A stretch of DNA of 40,619 nucleotides from a virus (IMGVR_UViG_3300045988_070645:1-40619), one strand, 5' to 3'. Shown: positions 6,153 to 15,167, counted from the first letter of the stretch. Made by a program: numbers and translations. Notes: generated by a model from the sequence alone, not told the origin.

Positions 6153-6443
6153 TCAGAGGCTGTTCACGGCATTGTAGAATTCCTGCGCGTCCTCGGCCTT
6201 CTTGAATTTCAGGGGCAAGGAGCGCAGCGCGCTGTACCTCCATGTGACGGTGCGCTTCTTGATCGTCACCCCTTGCAGATCGGTCACCTTGTAGGCTTCG
6301 GTCTTCTTATACCGGTGCAGATACGTGGTGCCCCTGTCCAATTCCAGCCGGTTCGCATACAGACGAATCGCCAGAAACATCGGGTCGTCAAGCCTATCGC
6401 ACTCGTAAACCGCTCCTGGTGCGGGCTGTGGTCGCTTTGCCAT
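6153..6443 (-). CDS. Hypothetical 96-aa protein, the last gene of the repressor operon
   Basis: ORF track. Same strand as ImmA and directly downstream of it. Confidence 0.5.
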   Translation of the reverse strand: MAKRPQPAPGAVYECDRLDDPMFLAIRLYANRLELDRGTTYLHRYKKTEAYKVTDLQGVTIKKRTVTWRYSALRSLPLKFKKAEDAQEFYNAVNSL

Positions 6444-6482
6444 GATTACTTCCTTCTCATTTTTTCCTTGATTTTATCTCGC

Positions 6483-6935
6483 TCAGACGATGCAGACATG
6501 CTCGGCCATGATTTGCCGGAAGTCACCCAGCACCTGCTGGGTAACCTCCAATTCCTGGGCGATATTCCACGAATTGCCGTCGTACATCTGTTCGAGCAGT
6601 CCGTAATGGAGCGGGTCTATCAGCGTGAGTGCCGTCTCGCGTCTGGCCCGATGTTCCTCGCGACTGCGTGCCACGTGCTCGCATGACGCATCACCGTGCC
6701 GCCAGTGAGTCAATTCATGCACCAGAGTGCATCGCTTGGCCGCATACGTGAGCCGACGATCGATGAGGATGACATGATTCTCGTCGTCGTAGCAGCCCCA
6801 TAGTCCGTCCGGCAGGATGGCGCTGGACACGGTAACGGGCAGGCCGACAATGGCGCGGCGCATGGCACCGTAGGTCATGCGCCGGTCGATCGGCAGGTCA
6901 GGCAGGCTCGTCGTAATCCGGCCCAGCCTCTCCAT
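6483..6935 (-). CDS. ImmA/IrrE-family zinc metallopeptidase
   Basis: HELTHWRHGD (HExxH). AGGAGG lies 7 nt before the ATG at 6935. The gene overlaps the repressor 3' end. Confidence 0.75.
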   Translation of the reverse strand: MERLGRITTSLPDLPIDRRMTYGAMRRAIVGLPVTVSSAILPDGLWGCYDDENHVILIDRRLTYAAKRCTLVHELTHWRHGDASCEHVARSREEHRARRETALTLIDPLHYGLLEQMYDGNSWNIAQELEVTQQVLGDFRQIMAEHVCIV

Positions 6936-7269
6936 TGATGGCCTCCTGCTTGCCCTGGGCGTCATAGGCGGCAAGACCGTAGCCGCCTGCCTGCGCCTTC
7001 CTCTCGGCGTCTTCGATCGCATGACGCTGCGAATCCATCACGATGTCGCCGACCGATACGCCGGTCACCTCGCTGATGCGTTCCAGGTCGCTCAGGTTGA
7101 GAGGTCTTGTGAAGTTCTGGCGCTTGTACCAGTAATCCTCGCCGAAGCCGCAGGCCTTGGCGAATTCCTTGATGGTCATGCCGCTGTTCTTCTGGAGTCT
7201 GACGCATTCGCGCATGACCTGCTTGGCGAACTGCGTGACTTCGTTTGCTTTCATTCCCATGGCTCTCAT
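6898..7269 (-). CDS. cI-like XRE-family repressor
   Basis: HTH GMTIKEFAKACGFGEDYWYKRQN. It pairs with ImmA and faces the cro-like gene. Start is ATG 7269 or TTG 7278, with no RBS, so the transcript may be leaderless. Confidence 0.7.
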   Translation of the reverse strand: MRAMGMKANEVTQFAKQVMRECVRLQKNSGMTIKEFAKACGFGEDYWYKRQNFTRPLNLSDLERISEVTGVSVGDIVMDSQRHAIEDAERKAQAGGYGLAAYDAQGKQEAINGEAGPDYDEPA

Positions 7270-7278
7270 TATAGCCAA

Positions 7279-7377
7279 TTACGTAGCCAATGTGTGCAAA
7301 TTGTGAAGAACTATGAAAATACATAGATGTGGACTACGAAATTGCGTAGATTAAGAACTGTCGAAAGGAAAACAGAG
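7279..7377. promoter_or_regulatory. Lysis-lysogeny switch region with operator-like palindromes
   Basis: CTACGAAATTGCGTAG at 7334-7349 (7 of 8 pairs) and TACGTA at 7280-7285. Confidence 0.5.
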
Positions 7378-7506
7378 ATGAAGACCACAGCCAAGACCAA
7401 GACCCCCGACCACTACCCGTGCGGCCACATGCGCGGCCCCGGCTGGCACGACTGGCGCGCCTGCCTCACCAAGCAGGGAATCGAGGAGGATGAATGGCCG
7501 GTCTGA
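7378..7506 (+). CDS. 42-aa Cys/His-containing micro-protein, first gene of the early operon
   Basis: GAAAGGAAAACAGAG RBS region. MKTTAKTKTPDHYPCGHMRGPGWHDWRACL... The gene overlaps the next ATG. Confidence 0.4.
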   Translation: MKTTAKTKTPDHYPCGHMRGPGWHDWRACLTKQGIEEDEWPV

Positions 7507-7742
7507 CCGAAACCGCCAGCTGCAACCTCGCGGGCGAACTGGCCCGCCATCGCAAAACACGCGAAGACCTCGCCAAAGCGTGGGGATGCGCGCCGAAAAC
7601 AGTGGACACGCGACTCCGCGGCCAAACACCACTCACGACCGACGAAATCGAAAAAGCCGCCCACCTACTCGGCCTCGAAGCCTCCACCCTCACCATGGTC
7701 CTCATCCAACCAATCGACGCCGCGAGCCAATTCAAAGCCTGA
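7494..7742 (+). CDS. Cro-like/XRE helix-turn-helix protein
   Basis: GAGGAGGA RBS. HTH REDLAKAWGCAPKTVDTRLRGQ. Confidence 0.6.
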   Translation: MAGLTETASCNLAGELARHRKTREDLAKAWGCAPKTVDTRLRGQTPLTTDEIEKAAHLLGLEASTLTMVLIQPIDAASQFKA

Positions 7743-7766
7743 AAGCCACACCAAAAGGAGTGTCCG

Positions 7767-7991
7767 ATGAACAGCAAGACCTACAACAAAGACCTGCGCA
7801 AGGCCTGCGTGAAAGCCGTCTTCGACGAATTCGCCGAGCATGGCGACATGATTCGCCCGCAATACGCGGGACAGTGGGATGAAATCGACGCTAGCCGATT
7901 CCTGGGCCACATCACCGGACCGATGGACATCGACGTGACCGACCTCGTGGACGTCATCGTCGACACGATCGTCAAGGAAGCACAGAAATGA
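7767..7991 (+). CDS. Hypothetical early protein (74 aa)
   Basis: ORF track. Part of the overlap-coupled gene chain. Confidence 0.5.
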   Translation: MNSKTYNKDLRKACVKAVFDEFAEHGDMIRPQYAGQWDEIDASRFLGHITGPMDIDVTDLVDVIVDTIVKEAQK

Positions 7992-8221
7992 GCGGACAAC
8001 TACTCGACCCGCCAGCACCGCCCGAACAACGGAAGACGCTCTTCGACCCGCGGACGATCATGCTCGGCCTGACCGGCTACGCCATCCGCATCCATGAGGA
8101 CAAGAGTGGCCAACTCATCGAACTCCACGCGGACGGCGAGGAAGTCCTTGCGGACATCCCCGAAAGCACCCTCGACAACTTCGCCTACACGCTCAACGAC
8201 GACCTAGGGAACATGCGATGA
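7988..8221 (+). CDS. Hypothetical early protein (77 aa)
   Basis: ATGA overlap with the upstream gene. Confidence 0.5.
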   Translation: MSGQLLDPPAPPEQRKTLFDPRTIMLGLTGYAIRIHEDKSGQLIELHADGEEVLADIPESTLDNFAYTLNDDLGNMR

Positions 8222-8412
8222 GCCAATCATTCGAACTGCGAATCATCGAGGACGGCACGCACAGCAGTGACCACAGCTGCCTCATCGGACTCAGATTCGA
8301 CATGGCAGACGGATACCAGGAACACATGCTCAACAAAACCGACCTCATGAACCTCCGTCGCGAAATCGGACGAACACTCAAAGAACTCAACCAGAAGAAG
8401 GACAAGAAATGA
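8218..8412 (+). CDS. Hypothetical early protein (64 aa)
   Basis: ATGA overlap with the upstream gene. Confidence 0.5.
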   Translation: MSQSFELRIIEDGTHSSDHSCLIGLRFDMADGYQEHMLNKTDLMNLRREIGRTLKELNQKKDKK

Positions 8413-8771
8413 ACATCTTCCAACAACGAGAACAAATCCTCGCGAACCTCATCGAAGCATGCAAGGACCACGACGAAGAGAAAACCAACCACCTGCTCAA
8501 CCAACTCACGGAACTCGACAAGTCAGCCGAACAGAAGCCACTGCCTGAAGAACCGAAGGAGCGGGGCTTCTATATCACCGCGAATGATGGTCGGCTCCTG
8601 CTTAAGGACATCGATGATGACTGGTCGGCGCGCACATGGGATGACTGCTCGGCTAATCACATGTGGAATGGCAATAGACAGTATGCGAAGTGGCCGACTG
8701 TCTGCGAAACGCTCCCGCCTGAAGCCTTCCCGTTAAAGCGAGTGAACACGGGAGACGGTAACGATGACTGA
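8409..8771 (+). CDS. Hypothetical early protein (120 aa)
   Basis: ATGA overlap with the upstream gene. Confidence 0.5.
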   Translation: MNIFQQREQILANLIEACKDHDEEKTNHLLNQLTELDKSAEQKPLPEEPKERGFYITANDGRLLLKDIDDDWSARTWDDCSANHMWNGNRQYAKWPTVCETLPPEAFPLKRVNTGDGNDD

Positions 8772-8994
8772 CCATGATTACTGGCTTGAAGACATGCAAG
8801 CAATGAAGAAGCGGCAGAAGCCGAACTACCCGCTCCGACGCGTCAAATTCGCCCTCGCGGTGGTCGCCCTCATCGTCACATCCACACTCATGCTCACCTG
8901 GCATGGAGGCAGCATGAACGCCGCGCTCATGGTGGAAGGCGTGTACATCGCCACCGCATTGTGGCTGATCGTCAGATTCGCGCCACGCGACTAA
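8764..8994 (+). CDS. Small membrane protein with two hydrophobic helices
   Basis: FALAVVALIVTSTLMLTW and GVYIATALWLIVRF. Confidence 0.5.
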   Translation: MTDHDYWLEDMQAMKKRQKPNYPLRRVKFALAVVALIVTSTLMLTWHGGSMNAALMVEGVYIATALWLIVRFAPRD

Positions 8995-9155
8995 AAGACT
9001 TCCCACTGGCCGGCAGTCCCAACAAACAACCAAAAACGGATTGTTCCGTAGGACACCCACGTTCACTCATTCGTCGGCCAGCGGGGACACATAACTGAAA
9101 ACAGATATTATCCACGCGCCGACCATACCTGCCTTACATGCACTGTCGGCGCATT

Positions 9156-9374
9156 GGCTGGGCGACGGTTCGCCCGTCCACGGATTCCAATCTCTTCTCT
9201 CTCTATCAAAAAACGCAGGCGCTCCGGTGCCCGCAAACCCTTTCAAGTCCGCCTGACGGCTTTCAGTCACCGTCGGCCACGCCACCGGCCGTGAACACGT
9301 TCAGGTCGTGTCCCAACAGTCAAAGGGGCGTTCGGAATCCACGGACGGCATCGGTTCGACTCCGATACCAGCCA
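9156..9374 (+). ncRNA. Candidate structured RNA: a tRNA-like scaffold (acceptor, D-like arm, T-arm) enclosing about 145 nt
   Basis: T-arm ATCGG-TTCGACT-CCGAT at 9350-9366. Acceptor GGCTGGG(9156-62) pairs with ACCAGCC(9367-73) at 6 of 7 positions. ACGG(9165-68) pairs with CCGT(9174-77). GGATTCC(9182-88) pairs with GGAATCC(9334-40). No credible ORF in the gap. Confidence 0.35.
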
Positions 9375-9436
9375 CTCAGCCCCATCCACTCGTCAGGACG
9401 GGGCACACAACGCCAAACAAGCAAAGGAAACACACC

Positions 9437-9742
9437 ATGAACGAAAACAAACCACAGGCGGCAACATGGGTGCTCTGCGTCGACATCGACCCCGACAACC
9501 CGAAATCCGACCCAATACTCATCGCCACACTTGACATGCCGCTGGACGGCGGCCTGATCAGCGTCACCCTGCCCGGCAACAGACTCGGCGAGGGCACCGC
9601 GCTTGCCGCCCGAACCGCATGCCAGGCCATCGACAAGGCGCTCAAAAGGCACATCGAACGCGGCGGCGACAGCGACACCCCGGAAATGCTCACCGGCCTC
9701 CACATCAACCCGATGAGCGACATTCGGGATGGCAGGCCATGA
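9437..9742 (+). CDS. Hypothetical protein (101 aa)
   Basis: Internal ATG of ORF 9308..9742, preceded by AAAGGAAA. Confidence 0.5.
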   Translation: MNENKPQAATWVLCVDIDPDNPKSDPILIATLDMPLDGGLISVTLPGNRLGEGTALAARTACQAIDKALKRHIERGGDSDTPEMLTGLHINPMSDIRDGRP

Positions 9743-9957
9743 CTGACCTGCTTCGGCCGGAGGAGTTCGCGGCGATGATCGGCATGAGTCCCCGCACTCT
9801 CGCCAATTGGCGGAGCAATGGCAAAGGGCCGAAATATTTGAAGATTGGCGACGAGCCGCCGGAAGGCAAGCAGGACAGGCGTGAAGTGCGTTATCCGCGT
9901 GACGTGGCCGAAAGGTGGGCCTTGGCTCACGAATTCACGAGGACGGTAGCGAGATGA
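9739..9957 (+). CDS. Excisionase-family/MerR-like HTH DNA-binding protein
   Basis: LLRPEEFAAMIGMSPRTLANWRSNGKGPKYLKIG...RYPRDVAERW pattern. ATGA overlap with the upstream gene. Confidence 0.55.
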   Translation: MTDLLRPEEFAAMIGMSPRTLANWRSNGKGPKYLKIGDEPPEGKQDRREVRYPRDVAERWALAHEFTRTVAR

Positions 9958-10157
9958 AACCCCACAATGATGGCCACTACTTCGTACCTGGAAGCCGTCA
10001 GACCGGCAGATATGAGCCGCGAGGCTTCATGGTCGGCTCCTATGCCAAGCCGACTTTGACGGAGCAGGGCATCGACGTGGACGAATTCATCAGGCAAACC
10101 ATCGGCTCATTGAAAGACTCAGGAAAGGAAACCATTGAAACACGAATACAGCAGTGA
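9954..10157 (+). CDS. Hypothetical protein (67 aa)
   Basis: ATGA overlap with the upstream gene. Confidence 0.45.
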   Translation: MKPHNDGHYFVPGSRQTGRYEPRGFMVGSYAKPTLTEQGIDVDEFIRQTIGSLKDSGKETIETRIQQ

Positions 10158-10809
10158 CGAGCTCCGAGAGCTCAAAAGCATTTACAACGAGTCAGGAGAA
10201 GCGGGATTGAGCCGTGACGAAATGCGGGCCCTGCGCAAGGCCGGACTCGTCAAGCAAGACCTACCGCCAGAGCCGGAGAAGCCGCATGAGGATACTCTGG
10301 CCGACTATCAGGCCATCAGCGTTCCCAAGCCGAAGCCGGAACCGGTGAAATTGGAGTCCACCAACACGAACCGCAATCCGGAAATGCGTCAGGCAGTCTA
10401 CGACACCATCGCCAGTTTCTGCGATTCGGACCACGTGCCGACCATCCAGAAAATCGCGGACGCAATGCACAAGAGCAAAAGCACGGTAGCCAACCACGTG
10501 CTCGCCCTCGCGAAGGAAGGCCGCATCAGCAAAGACCCAGAAACGGGACGCTACCGCATCGCAAACCAAACCATCGAACAGAAGGAGCCCATCATGACCA
10601 CCACCACAGTCCAGGAACAGCCGGAAGCCAAGCCGGAAGAGCCGCGCACCATCATCGCAAACGCCTTGGTCGGCATCTTCGACGCCGTATCAGCCTTGCA
10701 GCGCACCGCATTCCAAGCCAACGACAAGGTGGTCTACGGCTTCGCCACGAAACTGCTCACCGGCGAATTGATGGACATCAAAGCCAACTACAGCAAGGAC
10801 GCAAAATGA
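10135..10809 (+). CDS. Winged-helix DNA-binding protein (224 aa)
   Basis: TTG start after AGGAAAGGAA. VPTIQKIADAMHKSKSTVANHVLALAKEGRI resembles a LexA-N/MarR-type wHTH. Confidence 0.5.
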   Translation: MKHEYSSDELRELKSIYNESGEAGLSRDEMRALRKAGLVKQDLPPEPEKPHEDTLADYQAISVPKPKPEPVKLESTNTNRNPEMRQAVYDTIASFCDSDHVPTIQKIADAMHKSKSTVANHVLALAKEGRISKDPETGRYRIANQTIEQKEPIMTTTTVQEQPEAKPEEPRTIIANALVGIFDAVSALQRTAFQANDKVVYGFATKLLTGELMDIKANYSKDAK

Positions 10810-10982
10810 GACTCAAATTCGATAGCGAGAGTGGCGTTTTCACCATCAAGCCAGAGTCCGAGGCGGAGATCACCAAGCTCAGGACGTCCGCGTTGGATAT
10901 CGCCAATCTGCTGGTCGATTATTTCGACGCCGACATCATCAAAGCAGACATAAACAAGCCAAGCAATCAGCAGGGAGCCTGA
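10806..10982 (+). CDS. Hypothetical 58-aa protein
   Basis: ATGA overlap. It fills the gap before 10984 and is too short for the ORF track. Confidence 0.4.
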   Translation: MRLKFDSESGVFTIKPESEAEITKLRTSALDIANLLVDYFDADIIKADINKPSNQQGA

Positions 10983-10983
10983 A

Positions 10984-11529
10984 ATGGACAAACAGTCAGA
11001 AAACAGCATCAGAGACCAATACAGCCAAATGCGGCCGGACGAGCAGAACAAATACATCGGCGGTATTGCCGGAATCGTCAAAAGAGCCACAGACGTCTTC
11101 AAAATCGTGAAGGATGAGTGGGCACACGACCATGACGGCGGAGACAAGGAGACGGTCAACATCGGCAGCCTCGAAGCCGGGGAAATCAGCCTCAGCAAAG
11201 GCACCGAAGGAAAATACGTGGTCACCGACCCCAAAAAATACGGTGCGCTCCTCCATGATTGCGGCTTCACCATTCCAGGAGGCCAGCCCGCAGCCGAACA
11301 GGCATGGATGCCACGTCCGGAAGCCATGGACCAGCAGTACATCGAAGACATGGTGGCCGACCACGGCGGCGAACTCCCGGACGGCGTAGAATACAAGGCC
11401 GGACGGCCAGCCACAGTCACATTCCGAGCCGCAAAAGGCTTTGTGGACAAAATGTTCAGCACCGAACTCGCAGCCGAAACCATGCGCATGCTACTCACCG
11501 CCACGCCAGAAAAAGGAGAAGACAAATGA
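10984..11529 (+). CDS. Hypothetical protein upstream of recT (181 aa)
   Basis: ORF track plus its position in the recombination module. Confidence 0.5.
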   Translation: MDKQSENSIRDQYSQMRPDEQNKYIGGIAGIVKRATDVFKIVKDEWAHDHDGGDKETVNIGSLEAGEISLSKGTEGKYVVTDPKKYGALLHDCGFTIPGGQPAAEQAWMPRPEAMDQQYIEDMVADHGGELPDGVEYKAGRPATVTFRAAKGFVDKMFSTELAAETMRMLLTATPEKGEDK

Positions 11530-12506
11530 GCAACGAACTCACCCTCACCGACACACAAGACACTTTCACCCAACGCCAATTGGCCGCATTGACGCAGATC
11601 GGCGTTCAGGACGCCACCCCGGCAGACCTTGCCGTGTTCCTGCATCAATGCCAGCGCACCGGCCTTGACCCATTCGCGAAACAGATCTACATGATCGCCC
11701 GTCGAAGCAAGGACTCGCGCGGCAATTACGTGATGAAGCAGACCATCCAAACCGGCATCGACGGCTTTCGTCTCATCGCCCGCCGAGTCGCTGACCGCAA
11801 TCACGAAAAGCTTGAAGAGCAGGACGTGCTCTGGTGCGGCGATGACGGCGAATGGCATGACGTGTGGCTCAAGAAAGTGCCGCCGACCGCAGCGAAAGCC
11901 ACCATCATCCGTGGAGACTCGAAATTCAGCGCTGTCGCACTCTTCTCGGAATACTGTCCGACACGTCTCGACCGTGGCAGCGGCCAGCAGGTGCCGACCG
12001 GCGTCTGGGGCACGAAACCCGCCTTGATGATCGCGAAATGCGCCGAAGCATTGGCCTTGCGCAAGGCTTTCCCGCAAGACCTCTCAGGCGTCTACACCAG
12101 CGATGAGACGTCGATGGATGACGTGCAGGCCGAAGTCGTGGAAGAAGAGGAAACCAAGCGGAAAAGCTATGGCACTCGTGCCAGGCAAATGCCGGACAAG
12201 GCACCATGCCGACGCGAACAGGCCGAACGAATCTACCAGATTCTTCGTGAATGCGGCGTCTCATCCAAGGAGGAGGCCGAAGCCGTCATGTTCGCCCACA
12301 CCGGCGCCCACGGATTGACAGACCCGACACACATCAGCGCATTGGATGCAGACAATCTCCTCGCCAATGAGGACTTCCTGCGCCGCAGGACCACTCAGGC
12401 ATTGGACGAATACCGCAAGCAGCAGGAGCCCGAAGAGGAACCAGCCGAGGTCATCGAACCGGACACCGAGGCCGAGGCTGATACCGATGTGAAGGATGGT
12501 GAGTGA
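11526..12506 (+). CDS. recT: RecT-family single-strand annealing protein
   Basis: [28 protein letters not shown] and [24 protein letters not shown] overlap with the upstream gene. Confidence 0.8.
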   Translation: MSNELTLTDTQDTFTQRQLAALTQIGVQDATPADLAVFLHQCQRTGLDPFAKQIYMIARRSKDSRGNYVMKQTIQTGIDGFRLIARRVADRNHEKLEEQDVLWCGDDGEWHDVWLKKVPPTAAKATIIRGDSKFSAVALFSEYCPTRLDRGSGQQVPTGVWGTKPALMIAKCAEALALRKAFPQDLSGVYTSDETSMDDVQAEVVEEEETKRKSYGTRARQMPDKAPCRREQAERIYQILRECGVSSKEEAEAVMFAHTGAHGLTDPTHISALDADNLLANEDFLRRRTTQALDEYRKQQEPEEEPAEVIEPDTEAEADTDVKDGE

Positions 12507-13006
12507 TGGCCGGAGAAACCGTAATCACCGTGGTGGGCAATCTGACCGCCGACCCGGAATTGCGCACGACACGCAATGGCGGCGCGGTGGCGAACTTCAC
12601 CATCGCGGCCACGCCACGCGTATACAACAGCCAGGCCAACCAGTGGGAGGACGGCGACGCTTTGTTCATGCGCTGCACCGCTTGGCGCGACCTCGCCACG
12701 CATTGCGCCCAATCGCTCCGCAAGGGCATGCGCGTCATCGCGCAGGGCCGTTTGCAGCAGCGTTCCTATCAGGCGCAGGACGGTTCCAACCGTACTGTCA
12801 TCGAAATGACCGTGGACGAGATAGGACCATCGCTCAAATATGCGACCGCGCAGGTGCAGCGTCAGCAGCATGGCAACGGTGGTGGCTTCCAGGGCAATAA
12901 TGCGGGTGGTTTCGCCGGTGGCGCTAAGGATCAGCAGCCCCAGCAGCAGGCGCAGGCTCCGTCCGATGACCCGTGGGGCGCTCCGGCAGGAGAACCGGAC
13001 TTCTGA
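12503..13006 (+). CDS. ssb: Single-stranded DNA-binding protein
   Basis: [25 protein letters not shown]-fold N-terminus, a Gly/Gln-rich linker and an acidic DDPWG...EPDF tail. Confidence 0.9.
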   Translation: MMAGETVITVVGNLTADPELRTTRNGGAVANFTIAATPRVYNSQANQWEDGDALFMRCTAWRDLATHCAQSLRKGMRVIAQGRLQQRSYQAQDGSNRTVIEMTVDEIGPSLKYATAQVQRQQHGNGGGFQGNNAGGFAGGAKDQQPQQQAQAPSDDPWGAPAGEPDF

Positions 13007-13134
13007 TGGCACGGGAGTGGATTGAGCCGCCGGACGTGCTGCCGGTCTGTCCCAAACATGGGTGCGCGCTGTATCCGGCGCGCCCCATCCCATGCCCAAT
13101 ATGCGAGGAAGAAGCCGAGGAAGAGGAGGAATGA
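13006..13134 (+). CDS. 42-aa zinc-ribbon micro-protein with an acidic tail
   Basis: CPKHGC...CPIC, then EEEAEEEEE. It is coupled at both ends (TGATG and ATGA). Confidence 0.4.
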   Translation: MAREWIEPPDVLPVCPKHGCALYPARPIPCPICEEEAEEEEE

Positions 13135-13523
13135 TGATGCAGGAATTCGTCGTGGACATTCCACGGGACGAATGGTGGACCCAGAACCGTCGCGGCCACT
13201 GGTGGGTGAAATTCGCGCACACGAGCGCAGTCAAACAGCGTGCCATGGCATTCGCCAGATTCTGGCTCCAAAACGGCCACCACCGTCCACAACACTTCCC
13301 GGTGCACGTCACCGCGACCATCCACCCATTGACGCACGGACGCTTCGACCCGGAGAACGCGGCACCCATGGTCAAAGCCATCCTTGACGCGCTCACCGAT
13401 ACCGGCTTCTGGCCCGACGATGACTCAAAACACATCATCGGCCCCGACTACCGCGGCGGAGAGCCAAGCACCCGAAAAGGCTGGTACCGAATCACAATCC
13501 GAATCGAAGAAGAGGAACACTAA
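13131..13523 (+). CDS. rusA: RusA-like Holliday junction resolvase
   Basis: DPENAAPMVKAILDALTDTGFWPDDDSKHI motif. AGGAAGAGGAGGA RBS. Confidence 0.7.
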   Translation: MMMQEFVVDIPRDEWWTQNRRGHWWVKFAHTSAVKQRAMAFARFWLQNGHHRPQHFPVHVTATIHPLTHGRFDPENAAPMVKAILDALTDTGFWPDDDSKHIIGPDYRGGEPSTRKGWYRITIRIEEEEH

Positions 13524-13525
13524 TC

Positions 13526-13762
13526 ATGGCTACGAACGTGACCGAAAAAGACAAGACGCTCAACGAGATCATCGACTGGGCGAAAAGTCGCTGTCATGAA
13601 GCCGCACTTTCCAGATTCGACGTTCGCAGAAAGAGCGACCGAGACTTCTATGACGGCCAAGTTAACGCATTCCATGAAATTCTAGAGCTTTGCCGTTCCA
13701 TGCTCGGCTACAGCGGTTCCATGCCTTCAGAGGTGCCGAATCAAAGCGAGGACGCGAAATGA
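13526..13762 (+). CDS. Hypothetical protein (78 aa)
   Basis: ORF track. Confidence 0.5.
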   Translation: MATNVTEKDKTLNEIIDWAKSRCHEAALSRFDVRRKSDRDFYDGQVNAFHEILELCRSMLGYSGSMPSEVPNQSEDAK

Positions 13763-14244
13763 GCGCGTATCAGCCTGTTCTTGACCCCGCCTGCGGCGGC
13801 CGAATGTTCTGGTTCGACAAGTCGGATGATCGAGTGCTTTTTGGTGATGTGCGGGATGAAAGCTGGGAATTGTGCGATGGGCGTAGGTTCGATGTCAGGC
13901 CGGACATGCTGATGGACTATCGCGACCTGCCGTTCCCTGATGAGACGTTCCGCATGGTCGTGCTCGACCCGCCCCACCTGCGCAATGCGGGCGATACGAG
14001 CTACATGGTGCGGAAGTACGGATGCCTCGACCAAGAGACATGGAGGACTGACCTCAAGACCATGTTCGACGAGTGTTTCCGCGTCTTGAAGCCTTACGGG
14101 ACATTGATTTTCAAGTGGAATGAGACGCAGATACCCGTCTCGCAGATTCTCAAGCTCACAGCGCACAAGCCACTCTTCGGCAACAAGCAGCCGAACCGCA
14201 CGGGAACACACTGGATTGTCTTCATGAAGGAGGACGCGAAATGA
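13759..14244 (+). CDS. Small SAM-dependent DNA methyltransferase
   Basis: LDPACGGR (motif I-like) and VVLDPPH (motif IV-like). ATGA overlap with the upstream gene. Confidence 0.65.
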   Translation: MSAYQPVLDPACGGRMFWFDKSDDRVLFGDVRDESWELCDGRRFDVRPDMLMDYRDLPFPDETFRMVVLDPPHLRNAGDTSYMVRKYGCLDQETWRTDLKTMFDECFRVLKPYGTLIFKWNETQIPVSQILKLTAHKPLFGNKQPNRTGTHWIVFMKEDAK

Positions 14245-14447
14245 ATAAACGGTACAAGGTTTGCCCACTTTTTTGGAGTGATTACGGCTGTAAACGCACC
14301 TTGATGAATATGGGTGTGTTTGAAAAGTTGCTGAACGAGGGTTGGAAGATTCTGCGGGTGGATACCATGCCGCCAACGGAATTGCGTCATAACGCCGTCA
14401 CCGCGACGAACGTCTACATCCTTGAGAGGGAGGCTAATGATGATTAG
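14241..14447 (+). CDS. Hypothetical protein (68 aa)
   Basis: ORF track, with start/stop overlap. Confidence 0.45.
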   Translation: MNKRYKVCPLFWSDYGCKRTLMNMGVFEKLLNEGWKILRVDTMPPTELRHNAVTATNVYILEREANDD

Positions 14448-14691
14448 CCAATACGACAAGGACATGTGTTGCCTGTATATCGCTGAGGGAATGAGCCGCA
14501 TCTGGAGCCAGCAAGGGGGGAACCAAGAGGTTCCCCGAATGCTTGAATCATTGGCCGATAGGAAGCTCATGAAGCGTGTCCATGGCGGGTATGCGATCAC
14601 GCTCAAGGGCCTGTTGGCAGTCAAGGTGTGGAGACTTCACCTGTTCCTGTTCCATCACGGTGAATACAAGTACTTCAGGAGGAAGAAATGA
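14437..14691 (+). CDS. Hypothetical protein (84 aa)
   Basis: GGGAGG RBS before the ATG at 14437. Confidence 0.45.
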   Translation: MMISQYDKDMCCLYIAEGMSRIWSQQGGNQEVPRMLESLADRKLMKRVHGGYAITLKGLLAVKVWRLHLFLFHHGEYKYFRRKK

Positions 14692-15167
14692 GCAGGGCTG
14701 AGACCACCGCCATGCTGTCCAAGCTGGTGGAGAAGAGGTTGAGGAATCAGACCGCTTTTTGGGCGAGCGAGGTCAATTTCGACCGTAACACGTCCGACGA
14801 AAGGCGCGTGGACTACGTGGGCTTCAAGCCATGGAACATCAACGGCGAGCCGGTGCCCGCAAGCGTTGAAAAAGGCTGCTTCGAATTCTTCGAGATTAAA
14901 AGCTGCATGGCTGATTTTCGAAGTGGCAACGGATTGACATTCTACGGCGACAAGAACTATCTGGTCTGCACGAAGGAGCTGTGCGACGAGATCGTATGGC
15001 AGAAGATGGTGCCGCCGCGTGTGAACGCGATCCTGACACCGGATTCGACCGGCTCGAAACTGATTCTCAACTATGTGCAGTCCTACAACGACCTGTCATA
15101 CCGGCGACGGCCCGCAAGCGAAATTCTCTGGGCCATGGTCAAAGCAAACGGAAAGAGGACGAATTGA
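14688..15167 (+). CDS. PD-(D/E)XK nuclease-like protein (MmcB-like)
   Basis: RVDYVGF ... FFEIKSCMADF ... DKNYLV pattern. Confidence 0.5.
   Translation: MSRAETTAMLSKLVEKRLRNQTAFWASEVNFDRNTSDERRVDYVGFKPWNINGEPVPASVEKGCFEFFEIKSCMADFRSGNGLTFYGDKNYLVCTKELCDEIVWQKMVPPRVNAILTPDSTGSKLILNYVQSYNDLSYRRRPASEILWAMVKANGKRTN

Noticed and set aside
9156-9374. A phage tmRNA.
   Set aside because: The third acceptor pair is C-G rather than G-U. No CCA is encoded (CTC follows). The length of about 220 nt is short. I found no convincing resume codon or tag ORF ending in a hydrophobic tail. I keep it only as a tRNA-like scaffold.
10788-13438. 429-aa and 347-aa minus-strand ORFs.
   Set aside because: They are antisense to recT, ssb and rusA, which have unambiguous motifs. 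The minus-strand products are low-complexity.
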